From the NCBI GenBank assembly GCA_900319075.1, contig ONMZ01000004.1, positions 2,357-66,356 on the forward strand: a DNA stretch of 64,000 bases, given 5' to 3'. The number at the start of each line of letters is the position of its first letter. Positions within the stretch are counted from its first letter, which is position 1. The notes under the pieces are model-generated. The model did no database searches. It saw only the letters and a list, made by a program, of their open reading frames with translations, and was not told the DNA's origin. Position numbers and translations under genes: made by a program. Origin of the DNA: an uncultured Eubacteriales bacterium (GTDB taxonomy: Bacteria > Bacillota > Clostridia > Oscillospirales > Ruminococcaceae). Below are positions 8,615 to 19,151 of this stretch, one piece after another.

Positions 8615-10702
8615 TTACTTTACATAAAACAGCAGTGCGCCGTAGGTGGGGTATGGCCAGTACTTTTCACCCACAAGTGACTCTATCTCGTCCGCCGGGG
8701 CACGAAGCTCGTTCATAGCCGGGATAACGATGTCACGGTAGAAGTTAGCCTGCTCCTTGACGTCGGTAAAGCCCATTGCAGCGTAGTGTGCATTTTCAAG
8801 CTCGCCCAGGTTTTTATACATCTTTGAGGTAAGCTCGGACAGACGTTTTACCATATCGGTTTCAAAGCTTACATCTGCACCGCAGTTCTTTGCCAGCTCT
8901 GCTGTGCCTGCCAGCTCTTTTATGTATGATGCCACAGCCGGAAGAATGTCCTTCTTCGCCATGTCTATCATGGTGTTTGCCTCGATGGAAAGGGTTTTAC
9001 AGTATTCATCAAGCAGTATCTCAACTCTTGAATGCAGCTCTGTCTCGGTGTATACGCCGTACTTTTCAAACATGGCAATGTTCTCCGGAGCCTCGAAGTA
9101 AGGAATAGCGTCCGGCGTGGTCCTCAGATTAAGAAGACCTCTCTTTTCGGCTTCCTCGCACCATTCGTCGGAGTAGCCGTTGCCGTTGAAGATTATGTTT
9201 GAATTTTCCTTTATTGTCTTTTTGATAAGGTCGTCCAGAGCATCCTGGAAGTTGTCCGCTTTTTCAAGCACATCGGCAAACTCGTCGAAGGATTCGGCAA
9301 CGATGGTGTTTATCACCGTGTTGGGTCCTGCGACGGAGAGCCTTGAACCCGGCATTCTGAACTCGAACTTGTTTCCTGTAAATGCGAAAGGAGAAGTCCT
9401 GTTCCTGTCGGTGGTATCCTTTGTAAAGTGCGGCAGAACGTCTACGCCGATCTCCATTTCCACACGCTTGCCCTCATATTTTGTGCCCTCGACTATCGAG
9501 CGGAGTATATCCGTAAGCTCGTCGCCCAGGAAGATGGATATTATTGCGGGAGGAGCCTCGCTCGCCCCCAGTCTGTGGTCGTTTCCGGCGGTGGCAACGC
9601 AAGCACGCAGAATATCCTGATGCTTGTTGACTGCCTTGATTATAGCTGCAAGTACCAGCAGGAACTGTGCATTTTCAGCAGGGGTCTTTCCGGGATTGAG
9701 CAGGTTGACACCTGTGTTTGTGGAAAGGGACCAGTTACAGTGCTTGCCCGAGCCGTTTATTCCCTCAAAGGGTTTTTCGTGAAGCAGACATTTGAAGTTG
9801 TGCTTTCTTGCAGTACGCTTCATTATCTCCATCGTAAGCTGGTTATGGTCGGTGGCGATATTCACCGTGTTATATATCGGAGCAAGCTCATGCTGAGATG
9901 GGGCAGCCTCGTTATGTTTTGTTTTTGCGTAAATGCCCAGCCTCCACAGCTGCTCGTCAATGTCTTTCATGTATGCGGCAACTCTGGTTTTTATGGTGCC
10001 GAAATAGTGGTCGTCAAGTTCCTGACCCTTTGGTGCAGGGGCGCCGAAAAGGGTCCTTCCGGCAAAGATAAGATCCTTTCTGTGGGAATACATATCTCTG
10101 TCGATAAGGAAGTATTCCTGCTCGGGACCTGCGTTGGCAATGACCCTTGCTGCGTCTGAGCCAAACAGCTTCAGGATACGCATAGTGGCTTTATTTATAG
10201 CATCTACCGAGCGAAGCAGAGGGGTCTTTTTGTCAAGAGCCTCTCCTCCGTAGGAACAAAAGGCGGTGGGTATGCAAAGGGTGCCCGCTTTAATGAATGC
10301 GTATGAGGTGGGGTCCCAGGCGGTATATCCTCTTGCCTCAAAGGTGCATCTGAGCCCTCCCGACGGGAAGCTTGAGGCATCGGGTTCGCCCTTTATAAGT
10401 TCTTTTCCGGAGAACTCCATTATAACATGACCGTCATCGGCAGGGGAGATAAAGCTATCGTGTTTCTCTGCTGTTATGCCTGTCATAGGCTGGAACCAGT
10501 GTGTGAAGTGGGTACAGCCCTTTTCCACAGCCCAGTCCTTCATGGCATTGGCGACTACGTTTGCCAGCTCGATATTAAGAGGCACTCCGTCCTCAATGGT
10601 TTTTTTGAGCTGTTTGTAGGTCACCTTGGGGAGCCTTTCCCTCATAACCGATTCGTTGAAAACGTCAGAACCGAAAATACCGGGTACGTTTGTCATGTCC
10701 AT
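8615..10702 (-). CDS. glnA: Glutamine synthetase type III
   Basis: THFTHWFQPMTG..AEKHD, GEPDASSFPSGGLR.TFEARGYTAWD, HEKPF.GINGSGKH, DRNRTSPFAFTGNKFEFR; AAAGGAG SD before ATG 10702. Confidence 0.95.
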   Translation of the reverse strand: MDMTNVPGIFGSDVFNESVMRERLPKVTYKQLKKTIEDGVPLNIELANVVANAMKDWAVEKGCTHFTHWFQPMTGITAEKHDSFISPADDGHVIMEFSGKELIKGEPDASSFPSGGLRCTFEARGYTAWDPTSYAFIKAGTLCIPTAFCSYGGEALDKKTPLLRSVDAINKATMRILKLFGSDAARVIANAGPEQEYFLIDRDMYSHRKDLIFAGRTLFGAPAPKGQELDDHYFGTIKTRVAAYMKDIDEQLWRLGIYAKTKHNEAAPSQHELAPIYNTVNIATDHNQLTMEIMKRTARKHNFKCLLHEKPFEGINGSGKHCNWSLSTNTGVNLLNPGKTPAENAQFLLVLAAIIKAVNKHQDILRACVATAGNDHRLGASEAPPAIISIFLGDELTDILRSIVEGTKYEGKRVEMEIGVDVLPHFTKDTTDRNRTSPFAFTGNKFEFRMPGSRLSVAGPNTVINTIVAESFDEFADVLEKADNFQDALDDLIKKTIKENSNIIFNGNGYSDEWCEEAEKRGLLNLRTTPDAIPYFEAPENIAMFEKYGVYTETELHSRVEILLDEYCKTLSIEANTMIDMAKKDILPAVASYIKELAGTAELAKNCGADVSFETDMVKRLSELTSKMYKNLGELENAHYAAMGFTDVKEQANFYRDIVIPAMNELRAPADEIESLVGEKYWPYPTYGALLFYVK

Positions 10703-10862
10703 GCTTTTTTCTCCTTTCAGAGCTTTGACTTTACTTATCATTATAGAGTATACTTTATTGAGGCCCTGTTTTCAAGGGTATTTATCTATTTTCTTATTAT
10801 CCTGCAAAAGCTAAGCTTTGCGCCGGAGTATTTTTGTTAAAAACAGACAACCACGGGAAATA

Positions 10863-11480
10863 TCAGATGTCTATAATGTCCGTGGAGTCGCTGTCGCTGT
10901 CTCTTACAGCAAGCTGAACAGAGTCTGAGTTTTGTGCGACCTTGTTCAGTCTGTGGGTTATTATTGCACAGTTCACAAGGTTTACAAGTCCCGACAGCAG
11001 CAGACATATTCCCAGGATAGTCATTGCAAAGCTGACGGACATCATAGGGTTGAGCACAAGAAGGATACCCAGCCCAAGAGTTATAAGCGCCGGAACACCT
11101 GTGGTTTTCCAGTCGGGGTAACCTGCTTTTCGCATACGCAAAGTGCCTTGAAGATTGACGATACCGTTGATGAGCATATACATTCCGCAGACGATAGCAA
11201 CCACCTTTGCAATTATGTCAGGCTGGATAAAAACGAAAACGCCGGCTGCACACAGAAGAAGTCCGCCCACAAGCTTGGGACCCTGCTCGGAAAAACCGTT
11301 TGAGGTCCGTGTGAAATAAATTACCAGCATTACCGCACCGTAGCACACCAGCAGCCCGGCAATTATATAGCCGATCGTCTTGGTGAAAAATCCCGGGTCG
11401 GCGATAAGTGCCGCACCCAGCACAGCACAGAATATAGACAAAAACCAGAAGTTTTTGAAAATGCTTTTTACCGTTTGCAT
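10863..11480 (-). CDS. HdeD/DUF308 family membrane protein
   Basis: Repeated G-rich TM segments ending in P (ADPG, IQPD, LNPM); AGGAGGT-like SD before ATG 11480. Confidence 0.75.
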   Translation of the reverse strand: MQTVKSIFKNFWFLSIFCAVLGAALIADPGFFTKTIGYIIAGLLVCYGAVMLVIYFTRTSNGFSEQGPKLVGGLLLCAAGVFVFIQPDIIAKVVAIVCGMYMLINGIVNLQGTLRMRKAGYPDWKTTGVPALITLGLGILLVLNPMMSVSFAMTILGICLLLSGLVNLVNCAIITHRLNKVAQNSDSVQLAVRDSDSDSTDIIDI

Positions 11481-11521
11481 AGGCGTTACCTCTTTTCTGA
11501 TATTTTGCTGCAAATAATATT

Positions 11522-12142
11522 TTAATCTTTTGTTTTTAGTCTTGTGGCTTTTATGACTTTCAGTCGTGAGAATTCCTCACGGTCTTTTTCTTCAAGTGAA
11601 TCGGTGATATATTTTACGATGTTCTGATTTCTTGGGATTATAATATTTTGCAGGGCGTTTGCACGGCGCTGGGTCTTTCTTATGGCAACGCAAAGCCTGT
11701 ATATGCCGTTTTCCACCTCTGCAAGCACCGCCGTCATTTCCTTTACCTTTTCAAAAGCGATGTACGCCCTGTCAAGGGCAGAGGTAGTTCTTGAAAAGCC
11801 GTAATAGACCTTTTTTGGCTTTTTCTCCAGATGTACCGCAGGCAGATCTACACCCATAACGCTCTGGGAGCTGACAGACACTCCGTTTTCAATGGGGATG
11901 GTATTTGCAAAGGGAGTAACCACTCCCAGCGAGATATTTGCCTTCTGCAAAGCCAGGTAAGCCTCTGAGTAGGTGCCTTCAATAGACGAACGCAGCATCT
12001 GTGCCTTGTCCACCAGCTTCATAAGTTCCCGGATAAGGATATTACGTTTTCTATCAAGAAGGTCGTAGCCCAGCGTTGCCAGCTGCAAAGCCTTTTTGGA
12101 AAGCATAAGATTACCCTTGGTAGGGAACACCTGCTGCTCCAT
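11522..12142 (-). CDS. ntpD: V/A-type ATP synthase subunit D
   Basis: PTKGNL, GYDLLDRKRNIL, KTQRRANAL.NIIIP, E.DREEF.RLK. Confidence 0.95.
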   Translation of the reverse strand: MEQQVFPTKGNLMLSKKALQLATLGYDLLDRKRNILIRELMKLVDKAQMLRSSIEGTYSEAYLALQKANISLGVVTPFANTIPIENGVSVSSQSVMGVDLPAVHLEKKPKKVYYGFSRTTSALDRAYIAFEKVKEMTAVLAEVENGIYRLCVAIRKTQRRANALQNIIIPRNQNIVKYITDSLEEKDREEFSRLKVIKATRLKTKD

Positions 12143-12206
12143 TGATAACACCGTCCTTTCAGATCGAAATAGTATAAAGATTATAAAATAATGTGACTTA
12201 ATGAAC

Positions 12207-12554
12207 AAGTTAATTCTTGGAGAGCCGTTGAGGATCCTCTTGGTGTTCTACTGGCAGAGACCTTCTGGAAGAATTATTCTCCAATCTCTTTTCTTAGACT
12301 CTCAGTCATTTTTACACATCGGGCATACTGCCCGATGTGTAAAAATCATTAAAAGTTTTAGGAGAAGGGTACACCGGCAAAGCCGGCGTGCGAGAATATC
12401 CTTTGGATATTCTCGGCTTGGGATCAGAGAATTGACCCAAAGGTCAATTCTCCGTAGCTAACGGCATTGCCGTTAGCGAAACCCATTTTTCAAAAGGGTT
12501 TCCACCAATAAAGCACCAAAAGGGGTTCCCCCAACTATTCACCAAACATTGCTT
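12207..12554. repeat. REPIN-like long imperfect palindrome with extra hairpin modules (copy A)
   Basis: Perfect 18-bp central stem 12308-12346; hairpins at 12374-12386, 12391-12415, 12427-12452, 12457-12477, 12478-12502; arms related by degenerate inversion; similar to 43924-44137. Confidence 0.8.
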
Positions 12555-13935
12555 TGGCTTTTTCGGGATCGTAGAATTTATCGAGATGCTCGTCATCGAC
12601 TCTGTCAAGTTCGGCACGGGGCAGTGTGGAAAGCAAAGCCCAGCCCAGATCAAGGGTCTCATTGATAGTTCTGTTCACATCAAATCCCTGGTTGATAAAA
12701 TTCTCCTCAAACAGCTTGCCGAAGTTCATATACGCCTTGTCACCCTCGGAAAGCTCCTCCTCTCCGATAACGGATGCAAGAGCTCTTGCGTCCTGAACTT
12801 TTGAATAAGCGGCAAACAGCTGGTTTGCACACATTGAGTGATCCTCACGGGTATAGCCCTCACCGATGCCGTCTTTCATAAGTCTTGAAAGGCTTGGGAG
12901 CACGGAAACGGCAGGATAGGTGCCCGTTTGTTCAAGGTGCCTGTCCATAACTATCTGTCCCTCGGTGATATAGCCTGTAAGGTCGGGGACAGGGTGAGTG
13001 ATGTCGTCGTTGGGCATTGTAAGGATAGGTATCTGGGTAACAGAGCCGTTTGAGCCTTTTACGATGCCTGCTCTTTCATATATTGATGCAAGGTCGGAAT
13101 AAAGGTAGCCGGGGTAGCCTTTTCTTCCCGGTATCTCCCCCTTTGAGGACGAAAACTCTCTGCACGCCTCGGCATAGGAGGTCATATCGGTCAGGATAAC
13201 AAGGATATGCATATCATGCTCAAAGGCAAGATACTCCGCACAGGTAAGAGCACATCTTGGGGTAAGTATCCTTTCGATGATAGGGTCGTTTGAGAGGTTG
13301 ATGAACATGGCGACTCTTTCAAGTGCGCCTGTTTCCTCAAAGCTGCGCTTGAAGTAATCTGCTACATCGTTTTTAACGCCCATTGCGCCAAACACGATAC
13401 CAAAGCCCTGACCGTTTTCATCGGCGATCTTAGCCTGTCTTGCGATCTGTACCGCAAGCTTGTTGTGGGAAAGACCCGAACCTGAGAAAATTGGCAGCTT
13501 CTGTCCCCGGATAAGGGTCATAAGTGCGTCGATAGAGGAGATCCCCGTGTTTATATAGTTTCTGGGATATGTCCTTGATACAGGGTTGAGAGGGCTGCCG
13601 TTTATGTCTTTGTACTTATCGGCAACGACCTCGCCAAGTCCGTCGATAGGTCTGCCCGAGCCGCTGAAGATCCTTCCCAGCATCTCCTTTGAAAGACCCA
13701 GCTCCATAGGTTTTCCGCTGAAGCGAGTAGTTGTATTGGTAAGAGAAAGCCCTTTTGTTCCCTCAAAGACCTGAAGTACGGCTTTGTCCTCCTGGACCTC
13801 CACCACTCTGGCGAGTCTGCGTGTGCCGTCGGAAAGGCGGATCTGGGCGATCTCGTCAAAGGCAACGCCCTTAACGTTATCCAGTACCACAAGCGGTCCG
13901 TTTATTTCGGAAAGCCCCACATATTTCAGTTCCAA
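12535..13935 (-). CDS. ntpB: V/A-type ATP synthase subunit B
   Basis: [55 protein letters not shown]. Confidence 0.97.
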   Translation of the reverse strand: MELKYVGLSEINGPLVVLDNVKGVAFDEIAQIRLSDGTRRLARVVEVQEDKAVLQVFEGTKGLSLTNTTTRFSGKPMELGLSKEMLGRIFSGSGRPIDGLGEVVADKYKDINGSPLNPVSRTYPRNYINTGISSIDALMTLIRGQKLPIFSGSGLSHNKLAVQIARQAKIADENGQGFGIVFGAMGVKNDVADYFKRSFEETGALERVAMFINLSNDPIIERILTPRCALTCAEYLAFEHDMHILVILTDMTSYAEACREFSSSKGEIPGRKGYPGYLYSDLASIYERAGIVKGSNGSVTQIPILTMPNDDITHPVPDLTGYITEGQIVMDRHLEQTGTYPAVSVLPSLSRLMKDGIGEGYTREDHSMCANQLFAAYSKVQDARALASVIGEEELSEGDKAYMNFGKLFEENFINQGFDVNRTINETLDLGWALLSTLPRAELDRVDDEHLDKFYDPEKAKAMFGE

Positions 13936-13936
13936 C

Positions 13937-15694
13937 TTATGCCACCTCCGTCAGCCCTTCAAAGTCAGCTGTCATTGCTTTTTCGTATTCATCGAACATT
14001 TCCGGCTTATCGTTTGGTATATCGTATTTTACCTTTATGATCTTGTCCGACCAGCCCAGAGAAAGGATCCTGTCAAAAGCTACTGCGTTTGAAAGAGCCT
14101 TTTTTGCCAGGGCGTAAAAGTCTCTGATAAGCTTCATCATAAGAAACTGCTTTTCAAGAGGCACATAGGTATCGTCCTTATGATATGCGTTTTGCTGCAA
14201 AAAACCCACACGGATTATCCTTGCGGTCTCTATAAGAAGCTTCTGGTCGTCGGGGAGCACGTCGGTACCCATGAGCTTGACTATTTCCATAAGGGTATTT
14301 TCCTCCACGAGAATGCTTGATATCTCCTGGCGAACATTCATGAACTCTGCGTTCACGTTTTTGGTATAGAAATTCTCAAGGTCTCCCACATACTCTGAAT
14401 AGCTGGAGTTCCAGTTGATAGCGGGATAATGTCTTGCGTACGCAAGGGATTTATCCAGCGCCCAGAAACAGCGCACAAAACGCTTGGTATTCTGGGTAAC
14501 AGGCTCAGAGAAATCCGAACCCTGGGGTGAAACTGCGCCGATGATAGTTACCGACCCTTCGCTTCCGTTTAAGTTCTCAACGTAGCCTGCACGCTCGTAA
14601 AACTCGGAAATTCTTGAAGGCAGGTATGCAGGGAAGCCCTCCTCGGCGGGCATTTCTTCAAGTCTGCCTGATATTTCACGCAAAGCCTCAGCCCAGCGGG
14701 AGGTCGAGTCTGCCATTATGGCGATGTGGTAGCCCATATCCCTGTAATATTCCGCAAGGGTTATACCTGTGTAAATAGAGGCTTCTCTTGCTGCAACAGG
14801 CATATTTGAGGTATTTGCGATAAGCACCGTTCTGTCGGTGAGAGGTCTTTGGGTATGGGGGTCGATAAGCTCGGAAAACTCCTCAAGGACCTGGGTCATC
14901 TCATTTCCACGCTCGCCGCAGCCGATATAAACGATAATGTCCGCATCGCACCATTTTGCAAGCTGGTGCTGTGTCATTGTCTTACCCGTTCCGAATCCGC
15001 CGGGGATAGCCGCTGTGCCGCCCTTTGCAATGGGCAAAATTGTATCTATTATCCTTTGTCCTGTGATAAGGGGCCTTGTGCCGGGCAGCCGTTCCTTACA
15101 TGGGCGTGGAGTCCTTATAGGCCACCTCTGGCAAAGGGTAAGCTCCTCCTGGGTCCCCTGTGGAGTTTTTATTTTAACGACTGTATCATTTACAGTATAC
15201 TCTCCGTCCGAAGCGCACCAGACCACCTGACCGCCCTTTGAAAGGGGGGAGAGCATACATCTGTGCTCGATAAGCTGTGTTTCCGGACAGGTGCAGTATA
15301 TATCCCCCGGGCTGAGGGTGTCTCCCACGCTGACCTTTATGGTGCAGCTGTATTTTTTCTGCATATCTATCGCCGTAACGTTGGCGCCGTCTGCAATAAA
15401 CGCTCCGGAAAGCTCCTCAAGCTTTTTGAGAGGCCTTTGTATACCGTCAAAAATATTATCAAGGATACCGGGGCCCAGTGTTGCACTCATGGGAGCGCCT
15501 GTGCCTTCCACAGGTTCTCCGGGCATAAGTCCCGTTGTGCCCTCATAGACCTGTATGGTGGTGAACTCCTCCGTTACTCTGATGACCTCGCCGATAAGCC
15601 GTTTGTTTCCCACATAGACCATTTCCTGCATGGAAAAGCTGCGAGCCTTTCTGACCTTTACGACAGGTCCGTTTATAGAAAAAATCTTGTCCAT
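13937..15694 (-). CDS. ntpA: V/A-type ATP synthase subunit A
   Basis: P-loop [42 protein letters not shown]. Confidence 0.97.
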   Translation of the reverse strand: MDKIFSINGPVVKVRKARSFSMQEMVYVGNKRLIGEVIRVTEEFTTIQVYEGTTGLMPGEPVEGTGAPMSATLGPGILDNIFDGIQRPLKKLEELSGAFIADGANVTAIDMQKKYSCTIKVSVGDTLSPGDIYCTCPETQLIEHRCMLSPLSKGGQVVWCASDGEYTVNDTVVKIKTPQGTQEELTLCQRWPIRTPRPCKERLPGTRPLITGQRIIDTILPIAKGGTAAIPGGFGTGKTMTQHQLAKWCDADIIVYIGCGERGNEMTQVLEEFSELIDPHTQRPLTDRTVLIANTSNMPVAAREASIYTGITLAEYYRDMGYHIAIMADSTSRWAEALREISGRLEEMPAEEGFPAYLPSRISEFYERAGYVENLNGSEGSVTIIGAVSPQGSDFSEPVTQNTKRFVRCFWALDKSLAYARHYPAINWNSSYSEYVGDLENFYTKNVNAEFMNVRQEISSILVEENTLMEIVKLMGTDVLPDDQKLLIETARIIRVGFLQQNAYHKDDTYVPLEKQFLMMKLIRDFYALAKKALSNAVAFDRILSLGWSDKIIKVKYDIPNDKPEMFDEYEKAMTADFEGLTEVA

Positions 15695-15712
15695 AACAAA
15701 ATAACCCTTCTG

Positions 15713-16303
15713 TCAGATCTGTCCGAGCCCTGCGGACTTTGAAAAATTTTGCCGTTCCTGTTCAAGCGCTGAGTCAAAGGTGCAGTCAAGGGCGATCTGG
15801 CTGTCTTTGAAAACAACGATCACTCCCCCCAGGGAAAAATCTGCACTTTCCTCCGCCGTAAACGAGCTGCCCTTGCAAAGCTCTCTTCCCAGCTCTATGT
15901 CACGCTTTGTAAAATAAGCTGTTGCTTTCTTGCCCGGAGCCTGTGCAGCGCATTTGTCAAGTCTTGCTTTAAGCTCTGCGGAGTATCTTTCTCCTGTGCA
16001 AAGCTCCCCAAGCTGCTTGGTGATGTTGGAAAAGACCCTGTCTATCATCTCTGTGCGGTGAGAGAGCACATTGCGCTGGGCCTGTATCTTTCGGGAGGAT
16101 ATCTCACGGACCATGTCCGCCTGGTATTGTCTGTCTATCTGTTCAAGTTCGCTGAGCATATTGCTGTGTGCAAATTCCTTTGCGTCTGCAAGGCGCTGTT
16201 TTCTTTCCTGCTGAGCGTCCGATACGATATCGTCGGCTTGCTTCTGCGCTTGGGAGAACACCGCCAGCTTAAACTTATTCAGCTTTTCACTTTCGTTTTT
16301 CAT
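15713..16303 (-). CDS. ntpE: V/A-type ATP synthase subunit E
   Basis: Coiled-coil N-terminus, LGGVIV...LDCTFD C-terminal motif; operon position. Confidence 0.85.
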   Translation of the reverse strand: MKNESEKLNKFKLAVFSQAQKQADDIVSDAQQERKQRLADAKEFAHSNMLSELEQIDRQYQADMVREISSRKIQAQRNVLSHRTEMIDRVFSNITKQLGELCTGERYSAELKARLDKCAAQAPGKKATAYFTKRDIELGRELCKGSSFTAEESADFSLGGVIVVFKDSQIALDCTFDSALEQERQNFSKSAGLGQI

Positions 16304-16381
16304 TGCTTGTGTGCCCCTGTGCAGAGGCTCCTCCTTAGATGGTTTTTATGCTTGTTATGCGGGGATGTCCCGCTGTTTTTC

Positions 16382-16690
16382 TCAGAGTTTTATGCCGATG
16401 GCATCGGAAAGGTATCTTGAAATGGTGTCGGATATTTTTGAGGTGGCGTGCCTGTCGGGTATCTCCACTATCAAAGGCTGTTTTCGGCTGAGCTTATAGT
16501 CATACACCGTTTCACGCACCTGCTGCACCGCCTTTTCCGTCATCAGCACGATCCCCACATCTTCCATTTTCATCGCCCGGTCAAGTGCGTCTTTTATCTC
16601 CTCCGGTGAGTGTACCACCACACCCTCTATACCTGCCAGGCGCATACCCATCTGGGTGTCGATGTTATCGCTGATAAGATAGAATTTCAT
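16382..16690 (-). CDS. V/A-type ATP synthase subunit F
   Basis: ISDNIDT..GMRLAGIEG, PLIVEIPD, AIGIKL. Confidence 0.92.
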   Translation of the reverse strand: MKFYLISDNIDTQMGMRLAGIEGVVVHSPEEIKDALDRAMKMEDVGIVLMTEKAVQQVRETVYDYKLSRKQPLIVEIPDRHATSKISDTISRYLSDAIGIKL

Positions 16691-16709
16691 TGCTTTTTAC
16701 CCTATGGGT

Positions 16710-17144
16710 CTACTGTTGAACACCGGAAATGATAAGGATAGCGATAAGCAGTCCGTAAAGAGCGATACCCTCGCCAAGCACCACGAAGATAAGCGCTTTT
16801 ACAAAAGCCTTCGGGTCCTCGGAAACTGCGCCGATAGCCGCAGGAGCACCTGCCGCAACGGCAATTCCGGAACCTATGCAGGCAAGACCCACAGCCAGGG
16901 CGGCTGCAAGATATCCAAGTCCGTCTCCCGTTGAAAGGGCAGCCGCAGCGCCCTGCTCGCTTGCAGCGCTTACGAAGTTGCCGATAGGAAGGATAAGGGC
17001 GATGAGCATAACTCCGAAGAAGGAGCAAAGGTTGCCAATAAATGCTCTTTTGCAAGCCTTTCCTGTTTTAAGCTTTTTAGCCATGAATAAAAACGGAACG
17101 CACAGAAGTGCAACTGCGATAAGTGGTAAAAAGTAAATAATCAT
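16710..17144 (-). CDS. ntpK: V/A-type ATP synthase proteolipid subunit K/c
   Basis: GLACIGSGIAV...AIGAVSEDP...FVVLGEGIALYG with the carrier Glu. Confidence 0.93.
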   Translation of the reverse strand: MIIYFLPLIAVALLCVPFLFMAKKLKTGKACKRAFIGNLCSFFGVMLIALILPIGNFVSAASEQGAAAALSTGDGLGYLAAALAVGLACIGSGIAVAAGAPAAIGAVSEDPKAFVKALIFVVLGEGIALYGLLIAILIISGVQQ

Positions 17145-17169
17145 TTTTTATATCCTCCAGATAAATTAT

Positions 17170-19125
17170 TTATTCGGTCTGTGCATTGAACTGTACCTTT
17201 ACCGGTTCAAACGGCACACCGTCGCTTTCGTTGAAGCGGCTGAATATCTCGTAAAATTCCAGACGTATTATCTGTATCGCTACTATCATGCCCTCCATAG
17301 CCATTACAAAGGCGTTTCCTATGATAAGGATTATCGGCTGGGCTGCGGCGGATGCCCCCTCCATAAGGGTCATTACCACCAGCATCATGCCTGCGTGGGA
17401 GAGAACGAAGCCGCCCACTCTGAGAAAGGACATGGTGTTTGAGATATAAGAAAGGACAAACTCAAACATCTCAAAGAAGTTTTCCACGATAAATCCGCCA
17501 ACGGTCATTTTTTCTTCCTCGTCAGCGCTGAGCCTGAATTTTTTATACTTGACCGCCAAAGAGAAAGGCACACGGCAGAAAATACATATCAGCGGTATAA
17601 CTATAAGGAAGATAACGAAGGGCGCAGACATTATTTTCACGTTGAACATTATCGTTCCCACAAGACCTGCCGCTATGGAGCTGTAAAAGATAAGCCCGGC
17701 TATCCCGTTGCAGCCAAAGATCGCTTTTTCGTAATCTTTTTCCTTGAAGCCGATATATATGTTTATCAGCATGGACATAACTATCAGCACCACGCCTACT
17801 GCCACGGCGGTCAGAAGGATAAAGTTTGTTTTTGAAAAGACTTTCAGAGGAAGGAAACTTATCCCCAGCTGTTCGTACATCGGATCCAAAAGATCCTCAA
17901 AGCCGAATACAGAGCCGTACAGGGTGCCGAAGATCATGCTTGAAAGTCCGCATCGGACCATCATTCCCCCGGCGCTTTTGTTGATTTTTTTGCCGACTAT
18001 AAGTCCCAGCAGCATCACCAGGAAGCCCTGTCCCAGATCTCCGAACATTACGCCGAAAAGCAGCGTATAGGTTATGGCAACAAAAGAGGTGGGGTTGAAG
18101 CCTCCGTAATTTGGCAGACCGTACATTTCCACCATCATGCCGAAAGGTCTTGTGAGCCAGCTGTTTTTCAAAATGGTCGGCGGTGTGCAGTTTGAGTCCG
18201 CATCCGGCGGCATATACGCTGCGCTTACTGTTTCAAGGGTGCTTATAAGGTCGTTAAAGCGTTTTTTATCCTTAACGGGAACAAATCCCTTGATGTAGAA
18301 CTTTCCGCTTAAATAGCCCACCTTTTTGCGAAGCTCAAAGGTGCCGTAAAGATACTGGAGCTTTGAATATGCAGCAAGCACCTCGTCCTTTACACGGATA
18401 GATATGCGGTTGATCTCTGCCTGAGCCTCGTCGGCTTTTTGCTGCTGTAAGGTCATGTCTGCCGACAGAGTTTTTATAGCCTCGTCTGCATCGCCCTTTA
18501 CAAAATCGGGAAGATGGACACGCTCAAAGAACATAGAATGGAAAAGGTCGTCAACGAGAGCTTTGTCCTGATCGGGACAAAAGTACATTCCCCAGCAATA
18601 CAGATCCTGTGTCTCAAAGGGGACAAAAAAGAAATTTTCGTCGTAATAATCCAGCTTTGCCAAGTTGACGGTAGGCAGCCTTCCCACCCTTGATGCCACG
18701 TATTTGCAGGAGAAAATGTCCTCAAAGCTGCTGTTCATGCCCTTGAGATGGTGTATCTGGGTAAGGGTCTCGTTTATTTGTGCCACCTTTTGCAAGGCAT
18801 CGTTTTTCTTTTGGTTCGCCGCCTCAAAGCTTTTGTTTATCTCTTCGGCTCGCTGAGTGAATTCTTCCGGCGAGGCCGGAGGATAATTGCTGTAATCTGT
18901 TTCTTTAAGCTCGATGCCAAGATCCACAGCGATCCGTTCAAATGTTTTCACAAGCGGCGCATAACCGTTTTTTTCGTTCAAAAGGGTAAGACCGTTTGCC
19001 GCCGATGCGCTTGAAAAGGCAGGCTGTATATGGAAACATCCGCTTTCGCAGCATTTCCCCAGGCATTGGTCAAGCTCGTTCATTTGTCCCACAAGGTTCA
19101 CGAGCTCCAATTTTTCAATACCCAT
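17170..19125 (-). CDS. ntpI: V/A-type ATP synthase subunit I/a
   Basis: PPT.LKN, MYGLP.Y, FGVMFGDLGQG, SNTMSFLRV, IQIIRLEFYE.FSRF. Confidence 0.95.
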   Translation of the reverse strand: MGIEKLELVNLVGQMNELDQCLGKCCESGCFHIQPAFSSASAANGLTLLNEKNGYAPLVKTFERIAVDLGIELKETDYSNYPPASPEEFTQRAEEINKSFEAANQKKNDALQKVAQINETLTQIHHLKGMNSSFEDIFSCKYVASRVGRLPTVNLAKLDYYDENFFFVPFETQDLYCWGMYFCPDQDKALVDDLFHSMFFERVHLPDFVKGDADEAIKTLSADMTLQQQKADEAQAEINRISIRVKDEVLAAYSKLQYLYGTFELRKKVGYLSGKFYIKGFVPVKDKKRFNDLISTLETVSAAYMPPDADSNCTPPTILKNSWLTRPFGMMVEMYGLPNYGGFNPTSFVAITYTLLFGVMFGDLGQGFLVMLLGLIVGKKINKSAGGMMVRCGLSSMIFGTLYGSVFGFEDLLDPMYEQLGISFLPLKVFSKTNFILLTAVAVGVVLIVMSMLINIYIGFKEKDYEKAIFGCNGIAGLIFYSSIAAGLVGTIMFNVKIMSAPFVIFLIVIPLICIFCRVPFSLAVKYKKFRLSADEEEKMTVGGFIVENFFEMFEFVLSYISNTMSFLRVGGFVLSHAGMMLVVMTLMEGASAAAQPIILIIGNAFVMAMEGMIVAIQIIRLEFYEIFSRFNESDGVPFEPVKVQFNAQTE

Positions 19126-19151
19126 CTGAGCATATCTCCTTTCCCGGTCTG

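Noticed and set aside
12201-12461. 86-aa ORF in the ntpB-ntpD spacer
   Set aside because: Runs through the palindromic repeat, antisense to the operon, with no SD.
12371-12502. Regularly spaced hairpins as a possible CRISPR array
   Set aside because: The hairpins differ in sequence, there is no direct repeat/spacer periodicity, and no cas genes are present.
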